A stretch of DNA of 64,000 nucleotides, taken from the NCBI GenBank assembly GCA_964187785.1, contig OZ076409.1:29574001-29638000 (forward strand), given 5' to 3'. Positions 37,952 through 50,502 of this stretch are shown in pieces. The notes beneath the pieces are model-generated. The model had not been told where the DNA came from. It was given only the letters and a program-made list of their open reading frames with translations, and did not search any database. The position numbers were made by a program, and so were the translations under genes. The stretch comes from Amphiscolops sp. MND2022 (lineage: Eukaryota). Each line of letters begins with the position of its first letter. Within the stretch, counting starts at the first letter, position 1.

Positions 37952-39022
37952 TTCCGTATGTTTTTGTTTGCACCCTATATCAAGCTTCTCAGAATTGTGT
38001 TTTCTTTGCAGTTTTGGACTCTTCAGAAGCTCGTACAAACGTGATTCAAATGCAGCTTTTAGTTTGCATTCTTTACACTTTCCAAAAGTATTCAGTAATA
38101 TGACAGATGGATTGCTTCAAGGACCTCTTTTTAAACGGACGATAACATCTGTTTTGAAGTTTTGTTTTTCGTACGAGATCATATAAAACTACAGCCGGTG
38201 ACATGAATTCTCTGATGTTGGCAAGTGCGATCAAAAACTTCCAGGATTTTCCAAAACATAGCATGATTTGAAAACTTTTTAAATTGAACATCAAAATTCG
38301 GGGACACTGCGTTCAATCCCCCCATGTACACCTTGTTGCGAACTTCCCCCCAACACGAAAGCACATTTTGTTCTTGAATAAAAATATTTCACTAATAAGA
38401 GAATATTATATGAATGTAAATACTCAGGGGATTTTTTTTACAATTGTTTTGATACTTCAGGCAAAAAAATACCACTATTTTTCGATTGTATTGTCCAAAA
38501 CTTGCACAAGCTTAAATCGCATAAATTGGCCCCTTTTTAAACCCAAATTTTCACATGGTCCAAATTTGGAATTCATCAAAGTTAACTCTGAGTACGTATA
38601 CCTTACGGAAGAAGAGATGATTTGTTCATCCAGTTCAATCTTTCAATTCGCGCACTTCTCAAAAATTGTTTTGAACTTGTACAACAAAACTTGTTCCAGT
38701 CTAACCAAGTCTGTACATTCTCTAGATTGTCTGTTTTTGACGATGAATTTTCAAACAGATTAGTATCCGAATAGAGTAATCATTTGTGGCAATTGTTTGC
38801 ATATGGTCCCGGTCGTTTATGTATACAAGGAAAAGAACGGTGTGGAATTCAACCATCGAGGAACATCTCGCTTTGGGAATCAAAATCTAACGTTTTCACA
38901 GTTTACAATTACAAACTGTTTTCCAGTCGCTTGCTATCAAATCCATAACGATTTCGCGGACAACGCGCAATTCAATTTCACAAATAACATTCGGTGATCT
39001 GCAGTATCGATAACTTTGCGGA
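37952..39022 (-). mobile_element. Degraded non-LTR retrotransposon (LINE) RT and C-terminal region
   Basis: DTADHRMLFVKL...KQFVIVN...DVPR, VLFLVYIND, LLYSDTNLF...NVQTWLDWNK, HITEYF...LYELLK, in LINE RT motif order with frameshifts. Confidence 0.65.
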
Positions 39023-40756
39023 TGTGTGGATCGTCCTTATCTTGAACCCAAACGGAAGTTCATTTCGTTCATCATAATTTTCGCATTTTCTTCCGGTATG
39101 GAATTTCAATGGAAATTTCTTTGGGTATATCTTCAAACTTTATTCAAAACAGTCCTACTTCCTCGAGTTTTGAAGGGAATGATGCTAAATAAACTACCCA
39201 AAGCATGCAAACCATGGAACGTAAGGTTTGTAAGCTTTTGCTAGTCATACAAAAGTGAATAAAAACGAAAAAAAAAATCATTTTGTCAGGAGTCCTTTAC
39301 ATCCTATACAGCGATATTATATATTAACGGAAACAACTAACAAAAGCGCCGAAGATATTCAAGGGGAGACCTTCGATCGCAATTGACCAAAGTTTTTAAT
39401 CCTGAGAGCCGGAGGTCTGATGATGATCAGAAAGAAGAGTCAACAAGAGTCATCGTTTCCAAATATATGCGAGTCAGCATTTTTATCGAAGTTGCGTTTT
39501 TCTTCATCATTTTTAGGCCCCATCTCATGGATGCCACAAAACACTTCCCTTTTTTAGTAATTCATTAGTTTAAGAAATCCAGCATACCATTCCTCGCAGC
39601 ATACTTCAAGATGTCTAATCTTAACTCTTGTATCTTTCTGTTACAACCCTGTACCAAGCATTGTGATACCATGATACATGACCTCAAAAATTTCTTGTGG
39701 AACTGTCTAGAACTTTTACTCCTTGACAAATTGACATATGACATCTTGAAGTTCACTTGATCTAGTTAGCGAACGCTCTTACCATCCAGTTATTATTACA
39801 CACTAATCTATTTAATAAAGACTCTCAGTAATTTGAAATGGCAAATAATTGATTTAGCGATGCTACTTCATCTAGATAGTTATTGATGACAGTTACATTT
39901 TTGATGTATGTCATGGTAAATATCTACTCTGGGTTTACTTATATCTCTCAATAGATAGGTTTTCTCTCAGTTCATAATTAGTGAAAGAAATAAAAAGGTA
40001 TACCCTAAAGACTTAGCTAAGCATCGAAAGAGATCTCTAATAGTATCAATAGCGGCATCTGCTTAGAATGAATGTAACTTATGGAAACATCTAAACATAC
40101 TTCTACAGATAACACTTAATCTAAGCAGTACAATTGGTGTGATCAAGAAAACATTCTACTTGCCTTTCTTTTCACGCACGCCTCGCCTCTTATTGTACAC
40201 AATTTTTCAACTTCCTAATTCGACAACGTTTTGTCAGACACACTGTATCTTCTCCTCGTGGAAAAATCTACACCTTTTAATCTTTCGTTCCAACCAATTT
40301 TCTTAGAAAATTGATTCGTGTTGGTATGGTTCTGACTACGTACACACTGTAATTCCTGTCAGTTAACTTCTACTCCGCTCCAACCACACAAGATGTGATA
40401 CGTGTTGGTCAAATATATTTCGTTCCAACCACTCCTATAGTGATCCGTGTTAGTAAAAATATTTCTCCGTTTCAACCACCGCCAAAGGTGATTCGTGTTG
40501 GTCTTTTCTTCATTCCAACCGCAGACGTGCGATACGTGTTGGTTTTTCTTTAAAGTGCTATCCCACGATTCCTGCTAGTAGACTCGGTTCTAGCCGTCTG
40601 GATCAACTCCTTGAGTTGGCACACATTTTACACCCTAACTTCTTTTCTATCAATCTTTTGACACATCTTTTTACCATTTCTACAACACTACAGAACCTCC
40701 TAATATATCACATACATAACACTTTTATAACAATCCCAGGGATAGACACTGATACA
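39023..40756 (+). mobile_element. Family A copy 2: 5' LTR (39023-40132), PBS (40135-40144) and leader with hairpin array (40290-40552), truncated at 40756
   Basis: Reverse complement of about 6996-8732, with the same LINE flank as the outer LTR of copy 1. Confidence 0.85.
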
Positions 40757-40794
40757 TTGACAGGAAAAACTCAAGACAACAAAACGAAGACGTG

Positions 40795-41163
40795 ATGGCA
40801 CCCAAAATCAGTGGAAAAGCTGTGAAGAAGGCTGGCAAAGCCCAGAAGAAGCCCACTACTGACAAGAAGAAGAAAAAGAAGAAGCCAGAAACTTACTCTC
40901 TCTACATCTACAAAGTGCTGAAGCAGGTTCACCCCGAGACTGGAATCAGCTCCAAGGCTATGTCAATCATGAACAGCTTCGTGAACGACGTTTTCGAGCG
41001 AATTGCCGGTGAAGCGTCCAGACTGGCCCACTACAACAAGCGAGCAACCATCTCTAGCCGTGAGATCCAAACCGCTGTGCGATTGCTGTTGCCCGGTGAG
41101 CTGGCCAAGCACGCTGTGAGTGAAGGAACCAAGGCTGTCACCAAGTACACAAGCTCCAACTAA
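40795..41163 (+). CDS. H2B: Histone H2B, intact 122-aa intronless ORF
   Basis: Canonical H2B fold: [85 protein letters not shown]. Confidence 0.97.
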   Translation: MAPKISGKAVKKAGKAQKKPTTDKKKKKKKPETYSLYIYKVLKQVHPETGISSKAMSIMNSFVNDVFERIAGEASRLAHYNKRATISSREIQTAVRLLLPGELAKHAVSEGTKAVTKYTSSN

Positions 41164-41183
41164 ACACTTAGTTAGATGCCGCC

Positions 41184-42011
41184 GTGCTTACTGAAGTAGC
41201 AGAAGAAGATCAAAGACGAAATGCACTACATCATGATCAGACGAAAAAAAACATAATGCAATCGTACCTTAAATATAAGGCATACTACGATAGGAAAGCA
41301 AAGGCAGCACCTCTAACAACAGAAGACTACTGTTTTATTCTCAACCCAAAAGCCGACACACAAGCGACAAAAATACCCTTCCGTGAATTCCGCTGGGTTG
41401 GCCCTTATAAGGTTGAAAAAGTCCTACCGAACAACAACTACATTGTTCGTAGATTGGGCACAAATAAAACTCAACTGTTACATCGTATTCGACTACTAAT
41501 ATACATCCCGCAAGCTCCTCTAGCAGATAATTTCGTCAGGGAAACCGAATGGCAAAAAGAAGATACAATTATTGCCCAAGACGACTTATATGCCTATACT
41601 TGGGATACTAATTTCGGAGGAAGCCCATTTGATTCAGAGCAGGAAACTCATGATCAACAAGACGACATAGTTGAATATGAGCCTACTTCTCAACCTGAAA
41701 TATACCGCCCACCCGCCCGCGATAATTTCAAAAACAGTGGGGGGACCCCAGCAGAACAACCTGCTGTGAATGACGAAGAACCCCAAATACTAGAAAAAAC
41801 CCCTTCAGACGCTGAAAACCATGAATCCATTCCAGAAAATTCAAGAAATCCAGAAACTTCCCAAGAATTCCCTTCCCAAAATTCCCCAGAAAGTCCCGAA
41901 AATAACCCAGAAATTGATACACAAGATACAGAAGTTATTAATACAAGAGGTGAAAAATACAACTTACGCCCAAACCCTAACCCCAACTTTTCAGACGCAT
42001 ACAGATATTAA
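41184..42011 (+). pseudogene. C-terminal part of a Gypsy integrase (clade C, 5'-truncated element)
   Basis: YKAYYDRKAKAAPL...LNPK...KIPFREFRWVGPYKVEKVLPNNNYIVRR aligns with the integrase at 58901-59554; ends KYNLRPNPNPNFSDAYRY. Confidence 0.85.
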
Positions 42012-42309
42012 AAGAGAAATCAAGAGACTCCAAAACTTTAACTAAATACAAGTCTCATTCATCTTTTCTTGTCAGTTTTTATTCGTTTTCTTTTCACTGA
42101 CGTTCCCTTACTGACATTTAATTTACCCAACCAAAGTTGGAGAATACAAACTGAAGGTACGTCACTACAAAAACACCAAACCAGGTGTAATCAACCTGAT
42201 TTTGGGGAATAAACAATGTACAAATCAGAGAAGACATGGAATAAATACGGAGTAAATAAGTACAACACAAACTTTAAACAAATCTAAAAGAAAGTTGAAA
42301 ACAGGTATC

Positions 42310-45300
42310 TCATTTCCCTCCAGAATTCTTCTTCTTGATCGTTATCTTCTTTACAAACTTACTCTCTGTCGGAGGAAAGGGAATTTCACCAATTACACGA
42401 GGAACAGAAAGAGTTGCCGTAGCCAAATCTGGCATCCGATCAGCAGGGACAGAAGTGCTTGGCCCAGCCCGAATGGGAGACAATTTGGCAAACTTCCCAG
42501 ACTTTCCAACTGTAGGACTGACAGTGGTACTCGCTGACATGGGGACTGAATCAATACAAGTCCATAACCGCTCTTCTTCTGTGATGGTGCAAGTGTATCG
42601 GGAATCGAGCCGATTAAACAATCGCAGACGTCGTCCCGAACAGCTGGAAGTGACGTCCCTCACATAGAAACCAGGGTCCTCGAGCAAAGCCTTTCCTCTC
42701 CCGAGCAAGGAGAAGATTGGTGCAATAGTACGAGGATTGTTGGAGAGCCCGGTCACATTTGGAAAACCTGACAGGGAAGATTGTACGGTATGTACGCAAG
42801 ATTCAAAATCGTCCAAATTGGAAGACAATTCAGGCAAAACAATGGAGAATGTGGGAGGAACTTTACTAACATCCATCGAACTAAGGCAGCATAGCTTGAA
42901 GACAGTATTGAGGTGTTCTCGGCAATGAAGTTCGTAAAACCCCGACAAGAAAGAGACCCAGTCGTCATCATAACTGACATCATTGCTGCGGAATTTCTCG
43001 ACGAACGAGCAGTACTCACTAAGAACAAGAGGTTTAGCGGAGTTAGGTATCCACTGGTACCGAGACAAATAGTCGCATTCTTGTTCTTACTCGTATCGGT
43101 AATTTGCTTCCTCGCCATGACGGATGACACTTTCGTCAAAGATTGACATACCTCGTATGAGCTTTGACTTTCGAATGCTGTGTTTCAAAAGGAGACTGCA
43201 GAAGTGTTTGTAGAAACAGACCGCTTGCTCTACAAAATGTGTGGGAGTGGGGATCTCTGCTCTTGCCACGAGGTTTGCAAATTCTTTGTCTCTGAGGGAT
43301 TCAGTAGGCCCCTTTAAAGAAGGTCAGCTGATGTCAAATCGATGGACAAGAACTTATCCCAGTTAGAAATGTCCCCGAGGAAGGAAGTAGGGAGGATAGA
43401 TTTCAATTGACTGTAAACAAAAGTAGCATAGGCACTGTACTGCCGAAAACCGTCACCAGCAACTCCGAAGACATCTTTGAAAGCAGATTGATCTGAACAC
43501 AACCCAAATATACCATTTGGAAAGCGACTAAGAAAGAAGTGAAACAGAAGAGAACTAACAATGCAGTAGGACATTCCGTATTAAGAAAAGTTTCGCGGGA
43601 TAAGCTTTGTCCTTGTAAAAGGTCTCATCGAGACTTTTTGGCTGAAAGAACCAACGATTGAGCAAAAAGGAAGGAAAGGTAGAAAATGAACCAATAAATC
43701 GGAAATCACCTCTTTCATATGATATTTGAAGGCTTTAGACCAATCAGCGAGACGGAGGTGAGCGATCACATTGTTCCAGTTCATATACAACTGCTCAAGT
43801 AGGATGATGGAACTTTGAAGGTCGAAATCAAAATTACTGGTCGCCTGAAACAAAAAGCAAAATGCAAAGAAACACAAATTGATGCCGTTAAGGAAGCATA
43901 AAATAACAAATTATGATGCAGTATACCGAATTCAGAACTCAGCATAATAAAGTATACAGCATGCAGCATAGATAATACAGATTATGCGGTTTCCATGAGA
44001 AAGCTGCATAGAAGAAAACATTATGCGGTTTTCAGGAGAAAACAGCATAGAAGAGAACAATATGCGGTTTTCAGGAGAAAACAGCATAGAAGAAACCATA
44101 ATGCGGTTTTCAGGAGAAAACAGCATAGAAGAAAACATTATGCGGTTTTCTGGAGAAAACAGCATAGAAGAAATCAGTATGCGGTTTCCGGGAGAAAACA
44201 GCATAGAAGAAACCATTATGCGGTTTTCAGGAGAAAGCAGCATAGAAGAAACCATTATGTGGTTTTCAAGAGAAAACAGAATAGAAGAGAACATTATGCG
44301 TTTTTCAGAAGGAAACAGCATAAAAGAGTCGATCATACTGTTTTCAGAGGAAAACAGTATAAAGAGACGATCATGCGGTTTTTCGGGAAAACAGCATGAT
44401 GTTAAAGAGGAATGAACGACAAAGCGCGGAGTGACTATTATACGAGGATATGCCGTTTTGTTAAACAGCATATGATCTAAATAGTATGGGTCAAAATACT
44501 TCAAGAATTGGAATCTACAACGAAAATTCAGAACGAAAGCGTCGTTATGAATCAACATCATAAAAGTAAAATTACCTTGCGCAACTCAGGGAGATTAGAG
44601 AGCCAATCTGAGTCGAGAGCGGAATGGAGTTTCATAAGAAGGAATTTGATAACACTGCGAAAATCATTTCGGTCTAAGATTTTGATGGTGGGTCCAGCCA
44701 GTGTCTTATAAAGTTCCTCATAACTGAAGTTAGGGACAATGCAAATTTCGGGTGACTGTTGAAGTTCTGTAACCATAGCCTTGGGAGAACCGAGCGTCGA
44801 ACCCGAGCAAGGAATAAATCCTTGGGTTTTTGGAAGAAGTGGCTAGGAACGAGGAAACAATTTCCAAAGTTTTCCGTGCTGTTAATAAGCTGGTGGGATA
44901 CTTGCAAAGGGGAAGGCGATTAAACACGTTTCCGGTCCAGAACGTTACGACCACAATGGTGTGATGATTTGAAACTTGGAGCTGGATTGAACAAGGCCCA
45001 GACATGTCTGCTGACGAAATGGAATATGATACCAGCTCACGAAACATGTAGGTCAAAATTCCCGGTAACAACAAAACTTACAAACAACTTTTAAAACAAT
45101 GATAAGAAAGTGGAAAAGAGAGCTACTCACAAAGATCCGTTCAGGATTCCAATTTTATTGTGGGACTTTGGCTGGGCCGCGAACCTCAAGTCCAAGCTTG
45201 GTCCAGAGAGAAATTAGGGAGCTCAGAGTCCCACCATTTTGTAGCGCTGACAGTAAAATGCGGATTTGGGAACAAACCACAGTTGAAGGATCGAACTCAG

Positions 45301-46846
45301 CAGTGTCAGCGGGTAGTTTTCTCTGCCCAGGCATTAAGTAACATTCGCCGAGTACGGGGGCAATTGGCAACTCTTGTTCTGCTTTTGCTCTTGCATCCTC
45401 CAAAGCCGGACCAACTAGTTCCAACTAGTTTGAATCAAATAGAGGCAACCCGGGTGTTTCCATTCGAATTCGGTGCTCCCTCGTCAAATGAGCCTCAGTT
45501 CGGTAGTGTGAGAGGATTTCTAAAGACCCTTTTGTCTTAAGGGATAGTTCCAAATGGCAAACTCTGCAGCGCCATTTGTGTGGGTTTTTCTCACTATCAA
45601 TTGGTGCGGTGACAAAGAATGTGAACACAGGGTGCTTGCGGAACATCTGAAGGTTCAATTGTAACCTGGGCCGCGGTCGTTTCTGAGTAACAAATTGGTC
45701 CTCTGGAGGACTTGAAGGGGATTTGTTTACCCTAGCTTCAACAGGCGTTTTCCCTCTTCGCCTCTTCATGGGAGTTACCGTAGGATCCCTTGGCCCAGTG
45801 CTTGTTCTCGCTACTAAGTTTGGTAAACCACCTTCAGGTGAGTTAGCTTCAGAAGTTGGGGCAGTTCCGTCGGGGAAAGTGGTTGGATTGGCAATGTGAG
45901 TCAACAATCGTGAACTGATGGTGGTAGTAGCTTCAGCAACTAAAACTTCCAATTTTCGCTCAAGAGCAAGTAGATCAGTGCTGGTGGCGTAATTAATAGT
46001 AGTCGGAAGTGAAGTCTCAAGTGGTGTAGATTGGACGAAAGTCCTTCCCTCTGTTTGGTCATGCACCAAATTACCTTGGGTTTCCTCTAGGAATTTGGAG
46101 AATGGAGATGTGCAAGTTTTCTCAGCTGCAGTATCCGGTAAAGAATTACCCACGAGATTTGGATCAGAGTGCCCATACTCTTCAGCGAGCGGTTAGTTGG
46201 TGCCTTGAGCAACATCTTGCTCATTTTCAGACTCATTAAACAATCGAGAAACAGAATTGTCCTGAGGGGCACTGAGACCAGAGGAGCCCAATAGTGCAGA
46301 CACGTTGACAACAGTTTCCATGCTCCGATTGAAAGAATGCTTGATACCATCAAGATCAACGGCTTGGTCAGATTCTTCAAAAACTTGCAAATTGTGCTCT
46401 GGAGTGGATTGACTTTGAGGCTCAATGAATGGAACGAGTTCGGTTAAATTGTGGTCAACAGGTGGATTTTTGCCCGATTCACGAGGAATGAGAGGAGCTG
46501 AAGCACGGAAACAAAGTCAGAAATACAGGAAATTGAATCTGTCAGAAACAGAAGTTGTCTGATTAAAAGTGAAAGCCTGGTCAACTCTCACTTCAAATTC
46601 GAATGAGCTCAGAAAAATTTGTTCATCATCTATAACAGAAAATCCGAAAATGGACCTGTGATTCAATGATGAAATACAACGAAACCGTTCATTGCTTCAA
46701 AAGGAGAATAAAAACTTTTCTTGAAAGAGGTGAATGAAAACGAAACACTGGAATAGTTTCTTCATTAAAATGTTAGAATCTAGTCAAAAGAACAAACCTT
46801 GTGTTGGCTCCTTAAATTCTTGACCTTGGATGGACATCTCTGCCAT
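42310..46846 (-). pseudogene. Spliced BED-zinc-finger gene, hAT-transposase-like, antisense to the flanking Gypsy integrase; several premature stops
   Basis: WRCRVCHLELSLKTKGSLEILSHYRTEAH. In-frame GT-AG introns at 45078-45130 and 43845-44575. Homologous to the gene at 52489-56764. Upstream exons and start are tentative. Confidence 0.7.
43981..44400. repeat. 39-bp palindromic minisatellite, about 11 copies, within the 43845-44575 intron
   Basis: Unit tatgcggttttcaggagaaaacagcatagaagaaaacat; TATGCGGTTTTC/GAAAACAGCATA forms a 12-bp stem with one mismatch. Confidence 0.95.
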
Positions 46847-47160
46847 TGACGAGTTAAATCCACGAGCGCGAGGCAAATACGAAGGCGAATAACTGAACGG
46901 AAATGGTGTGGAAAGATGATGAATTACTGAAAGTATGTGAAGGAACAAGGAAGTTGGGAGAATACGTAATGGAATGTGTAACTCAACTAATTGAAGACAG
47001 AACGTGGAGAATTGTAAGGAAAGACTGACAGGATAACTTGGATAGACTATAGACTCTGGAAACTTTGACGACTAGAAACAATTGTTAAATCCAAAAGCAA
47101 ATGAAATAATTTGATCAAAGAAGGCGTGGCGATTGATACAAAGGCAATAAAGCAGATGAA

Positions 47161-47210
47161 TGACGTCAGATAATGGCGTTTACTATATATCTTAAATCTG
47201 ATTGGTCGTG
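47161..47210 (-). promoter_or_regulatory. Candidate promoter of the antisense BED gene
   Basis: On the minus strand CCAAT, then TATATA, then TGACGTCA, about 300 bp upstream of the tentative ATG at 46846. Motif match only. Confidence 0.3.
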
Positions 47211-48212
47211 ACAGATTGTACTCAGTTTGATCATTGCTGCCAGAAGGAGCAAATTGGAGAAGTACATTCCCTTATATGGTCACTAATTGTTTGCACAAGC
47301 TAACACAAATACAACACACAAAAGAGTGGACATTATACGGATCTGCTTGAGAAACAGCATAATCGTGTTATGCAGTTTTTACCACAAAACAGTATACCCT
47401 CTTGTTCGTTACGCAGATTCACAGACAAAAACGATTGAGTTACATTATGCGGATTTCTGTTAAGAACAGCATAATGGTCCAGCACCCAAGTAAAGAATAC
47501 AGTATAATTACGTAACACGGAATAGCTGAGTGACAGCGCGAACGAGGAACGTGGTATGCAGGAAACACAACGAAACATCCTAAAGAACTTATGCAGAAAT
47601 AAATGGAAAACAGCATAACGAGTTAGTAAAGTTAATGAGTGAAATTATGATGTAATATGATGTTTTCTGTAGGCAGTATATGATGTAGGTTACTACTAAA
47701 GGTGCTGTATTAAATACGATGCATTCAACATTGGTGAATGGAAATTCACACTATGAACGAAATGAGTCACACATTGTAGTGTGAAGGATTTTCACACCAT
47801 AAACCTGAATGAAATATGACTACCATATATTTATGATTATGAGTAATTAAAATTGGGTTACCCTATATGAGCTGGCAATCGTCGGTTTATGAAAGGCTTT
47901 AAAGAAGAATTACCGAAGACCGATGATTATTTATGACCAATTAACATAACTTGATGATGCTATTTTTCCCTAAATAGTCGATGGCTATCCGAGAAATCCG
48001 GGAAATGGGCAATTTAAAATATGTGTTGAAGCAATTTATAAGGAAACCCCCATAATCTTATAAAAATCTAGAAAACCTTGCCATTGTGGTCTACTCCTCA
48101 CAAAAAACAGTTGCCTTTACGTCGTCGAAACCTCAACAGTTCGTAATTTGAATTTGTAAAATAATTTGAACTTACAACATCATCCTGAAGATCGAAGGAC
48201 AATCAACACAAA

Positions 48213-48746
48213 ATGTTCAGCACACCTGTGACAGCCACTAACAGTGCAAGAGCACCGATGATCACGAGCCCTACTTTGGAATTGGTGAACATTTCGAGCA
48301 GCTCGGGGGAAGAATTTGAAGTAGAGCACTTGTCTCTTCCTGAATTGGAGGACAGGTTCAGGATAGCCCCTAACACGGCCAACGACATGCCAACAGCATT
48401 TATGGGGGCAGCTGGAGCAACCCTGTTCGTCCAGAATAACAACTCAGGAGTCGATACAGAACACGTAGTGGACACGAGAGGTTCAGTCATCGAGAACGAA
48501 CTGATGGATTTATTAGATGAAGTCTCTGAAATCTCATGATTAACATTTATCGGTTCCTCAGAAGGTGAAGCAGATCCATCTTTCGGGGCAAACTTCGCCA
48601 ACGTAGAAAGAAATTCTTATGGCCGCTCAAAACAACGAGTTCAACCAAACATCAGACAATCGCAGACAGCGGGATCAAACACTAACCCCCCGGTTGTCCC
48701 CAGTCAAAATAGTGCGTTCACCACCGTCATACCCACTCCCCGGTGA
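48213..48746 (+). mobile_element. gag-like N-terminal ORF, probably inside the 3' LTR of the 41184-onward element
   Basis: Low-complexity ORF (MFSTPVTATNS...) that continues past one stop, in the same position and orientation as the in-LTR gag start at 50833. LTR ends not resolved. Confidence 0.4.
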
Positions 48747-48751
48747 TTATT

Positions 48752-48813
48752 ACCTTTGAAATAATCTATCTAAAATCTGATAACTTCCAAACCAACCCAA
48801 CAAAAAGTACTTT
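48752..48813 (+). repeat. Orphan 60-bp copy of the family B LTR 3' end
   Basis: tctaaaatctgataacttccaaaccaacccaacaaaaagtacttta matches the reverse complement of about 31285-31330. Confidence 0.75.
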
Positions 48814-49229
48814 AGTTTCACCAAAAAAAAAGAAGTTGGAAAATATTTGCTATATCCGAACTTGCGACGTTATATCCGTTATACAGGCAAAGCTCTGCCG
48901 AGGTTCAAAAGGATGCGCTCCTATGTGGCCCAGCACGCTATATTCGATCTTTTGAAGAGCATAAAAGGTGCCCGTTGGGAGTTTCGACTCTTTTTTGTGA
49001 GCTTCTCATAAAAAGTCCCGAACATATTTTAAAAACTGTTTGAGCCCTAAGGGAGCGCCGATACGAGACGTTCCCGTCTTGTTAACTATTTGTTCCCAAG
49101 TCACTTCTTCTCTAATCTGAAAAATTCAGTTTTAGCCACGCTCTTTCAGTAAACTGTAACTCCAGTTTTGTCAGTATTTCCACGCTAATCATGTGTTTTG
49201 GTACTTTTCGTCACCACCAAGATGTCGTC

Positions 49230-49930
49230 TGACTATGACGGATCTCTATTGTCCAGTTTCTCGTCAGTCTCCAACCAAAGATGATGGCTTAGTCTGGAAA
49301 TCCGTGGAATCCCTCCCCCTCTGTTGAGTTTATCGATCCTTTTGTCGATGGCTGGTTGTAAATGCACGTCTAAGTGACGGACTGTTTTCGTCTGTATCAA
49401 TTTAGCGTCTTTCTTCAATTGGAAATCCTCTACTCTGACGTTGAATCTTTTGATTTTCATGGAAAATCAATTAGCATTTTTCAGGTAATATTTTTGGGAG
49501 GCTTCTTGGTTTTCCAGCATCTGTTATCATCGCCGAAGGTATCATCTAGTCCAATTCCGAGTAACCTGTTTGTTAGTTTTGTGGTTATCAATAGTTTCGA
49601 ACGGTAAGTAGTTCTTTGCTAGTGTTTTTAATTCAATATTTTAGAAGTATAATACAATTCATTTTCCGATAAGGAATTCGATTGGACTGTTGTTAACCAG
49701 TATCGTGATCGTAAAGAATGGTTGCCAGCGTTTGGCTTTGTTAGTTGTTGAATATACCGTTCGCTTTATCAGGTGGATTTTGTCTGGTTCCTTCATTTTG
49801 GCGATGGTCGCTTCGTCTTTCTTTCTTCTCCATGTGTCGTGTTTCCTTAGCTGAGCGGCAAAGTTTTCTGAAGTGTCCCAGTTTGCCATTTTTAATGTTT
49901 CACTCCTGCTAAGCATTGGTGCTGCTTATT
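49230..49930 (-). mobile_element. Fragment of another Gypsy pol (protease start to pre-RT region), internally deleted
   Basis: FTITILVNNSPIEFLI (start of protease) and LKKDAKLIQTK...VHLQPAIDKRIDKL. Confidence 0.5.
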
Positions 49931-50502
49931 TTGTTGTGTCGGTCACATTCTTTGTCTCATCGAGCCCGTGGGTTTTCCAATCGGGTTAGGGAATTGGAAT
50001 GCAAGTAGTTCTTCGACTGTTCTCTCCACGAACTCGCTGTTCTTTCCTGTTTGTTGAAACCTAAAGATAAATGATGCTTCTGAAAGATTTAAGATTAAGT
50101 TTGATGATGTGGTTTGGTTAACTACATTCTTTTTCCTTCGTCTGTGTTCATGTACTGTTTGTTGATTTTATGTCTCGACTCTTGAATGTTGTGTAGTTAA
50201 CCACTTCTCTGCTCAACATTCTCATGCATCAGGCATGACACAAGATAATATATTTCTCTTCTTTACTATCTATCAACTGATGTATATGTTTGTAACGTCA
50301 GGCAGTCGGTGAACGCAATTTTTGAAAATTTGGAACAAGTCATGCTCAACCTGGCAGGTACTTCCAATCAGTCTGGAAGACGTTAAAAAGACAGACACCC
50401 CACCCCATCACCCCATCCCCGATAGCGAGAAAGAGTGCAGAAAAACCCCACAAAAGGAACTCTAGACGTCGTCCGTGACAGAGTGCCGAAGAAGAACATC
50501 CC

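Noticed and set aside
37952-38130. Penelope GIY-YIG endonuclease C-terminus (AAFESRLYELLKSP)
   Set aside because: The segment is collinear with upstream LINE RT motifs and fits a LINE C-terminal region better; no GIY-YIG motif was found.
41161-41230. Replication-dependent histone 3' stem-loop
   Set aside because: No GGYYYTTYTNARRRCC-like hairpin is visible after the H2B stop; the sequence passes into integrase.
43932-44561. Three long overlapping ORFs with 13-aa repeats
   Set aside because: These follow from a 39-bp stop-free minisatellite lying inside a predicted intron.
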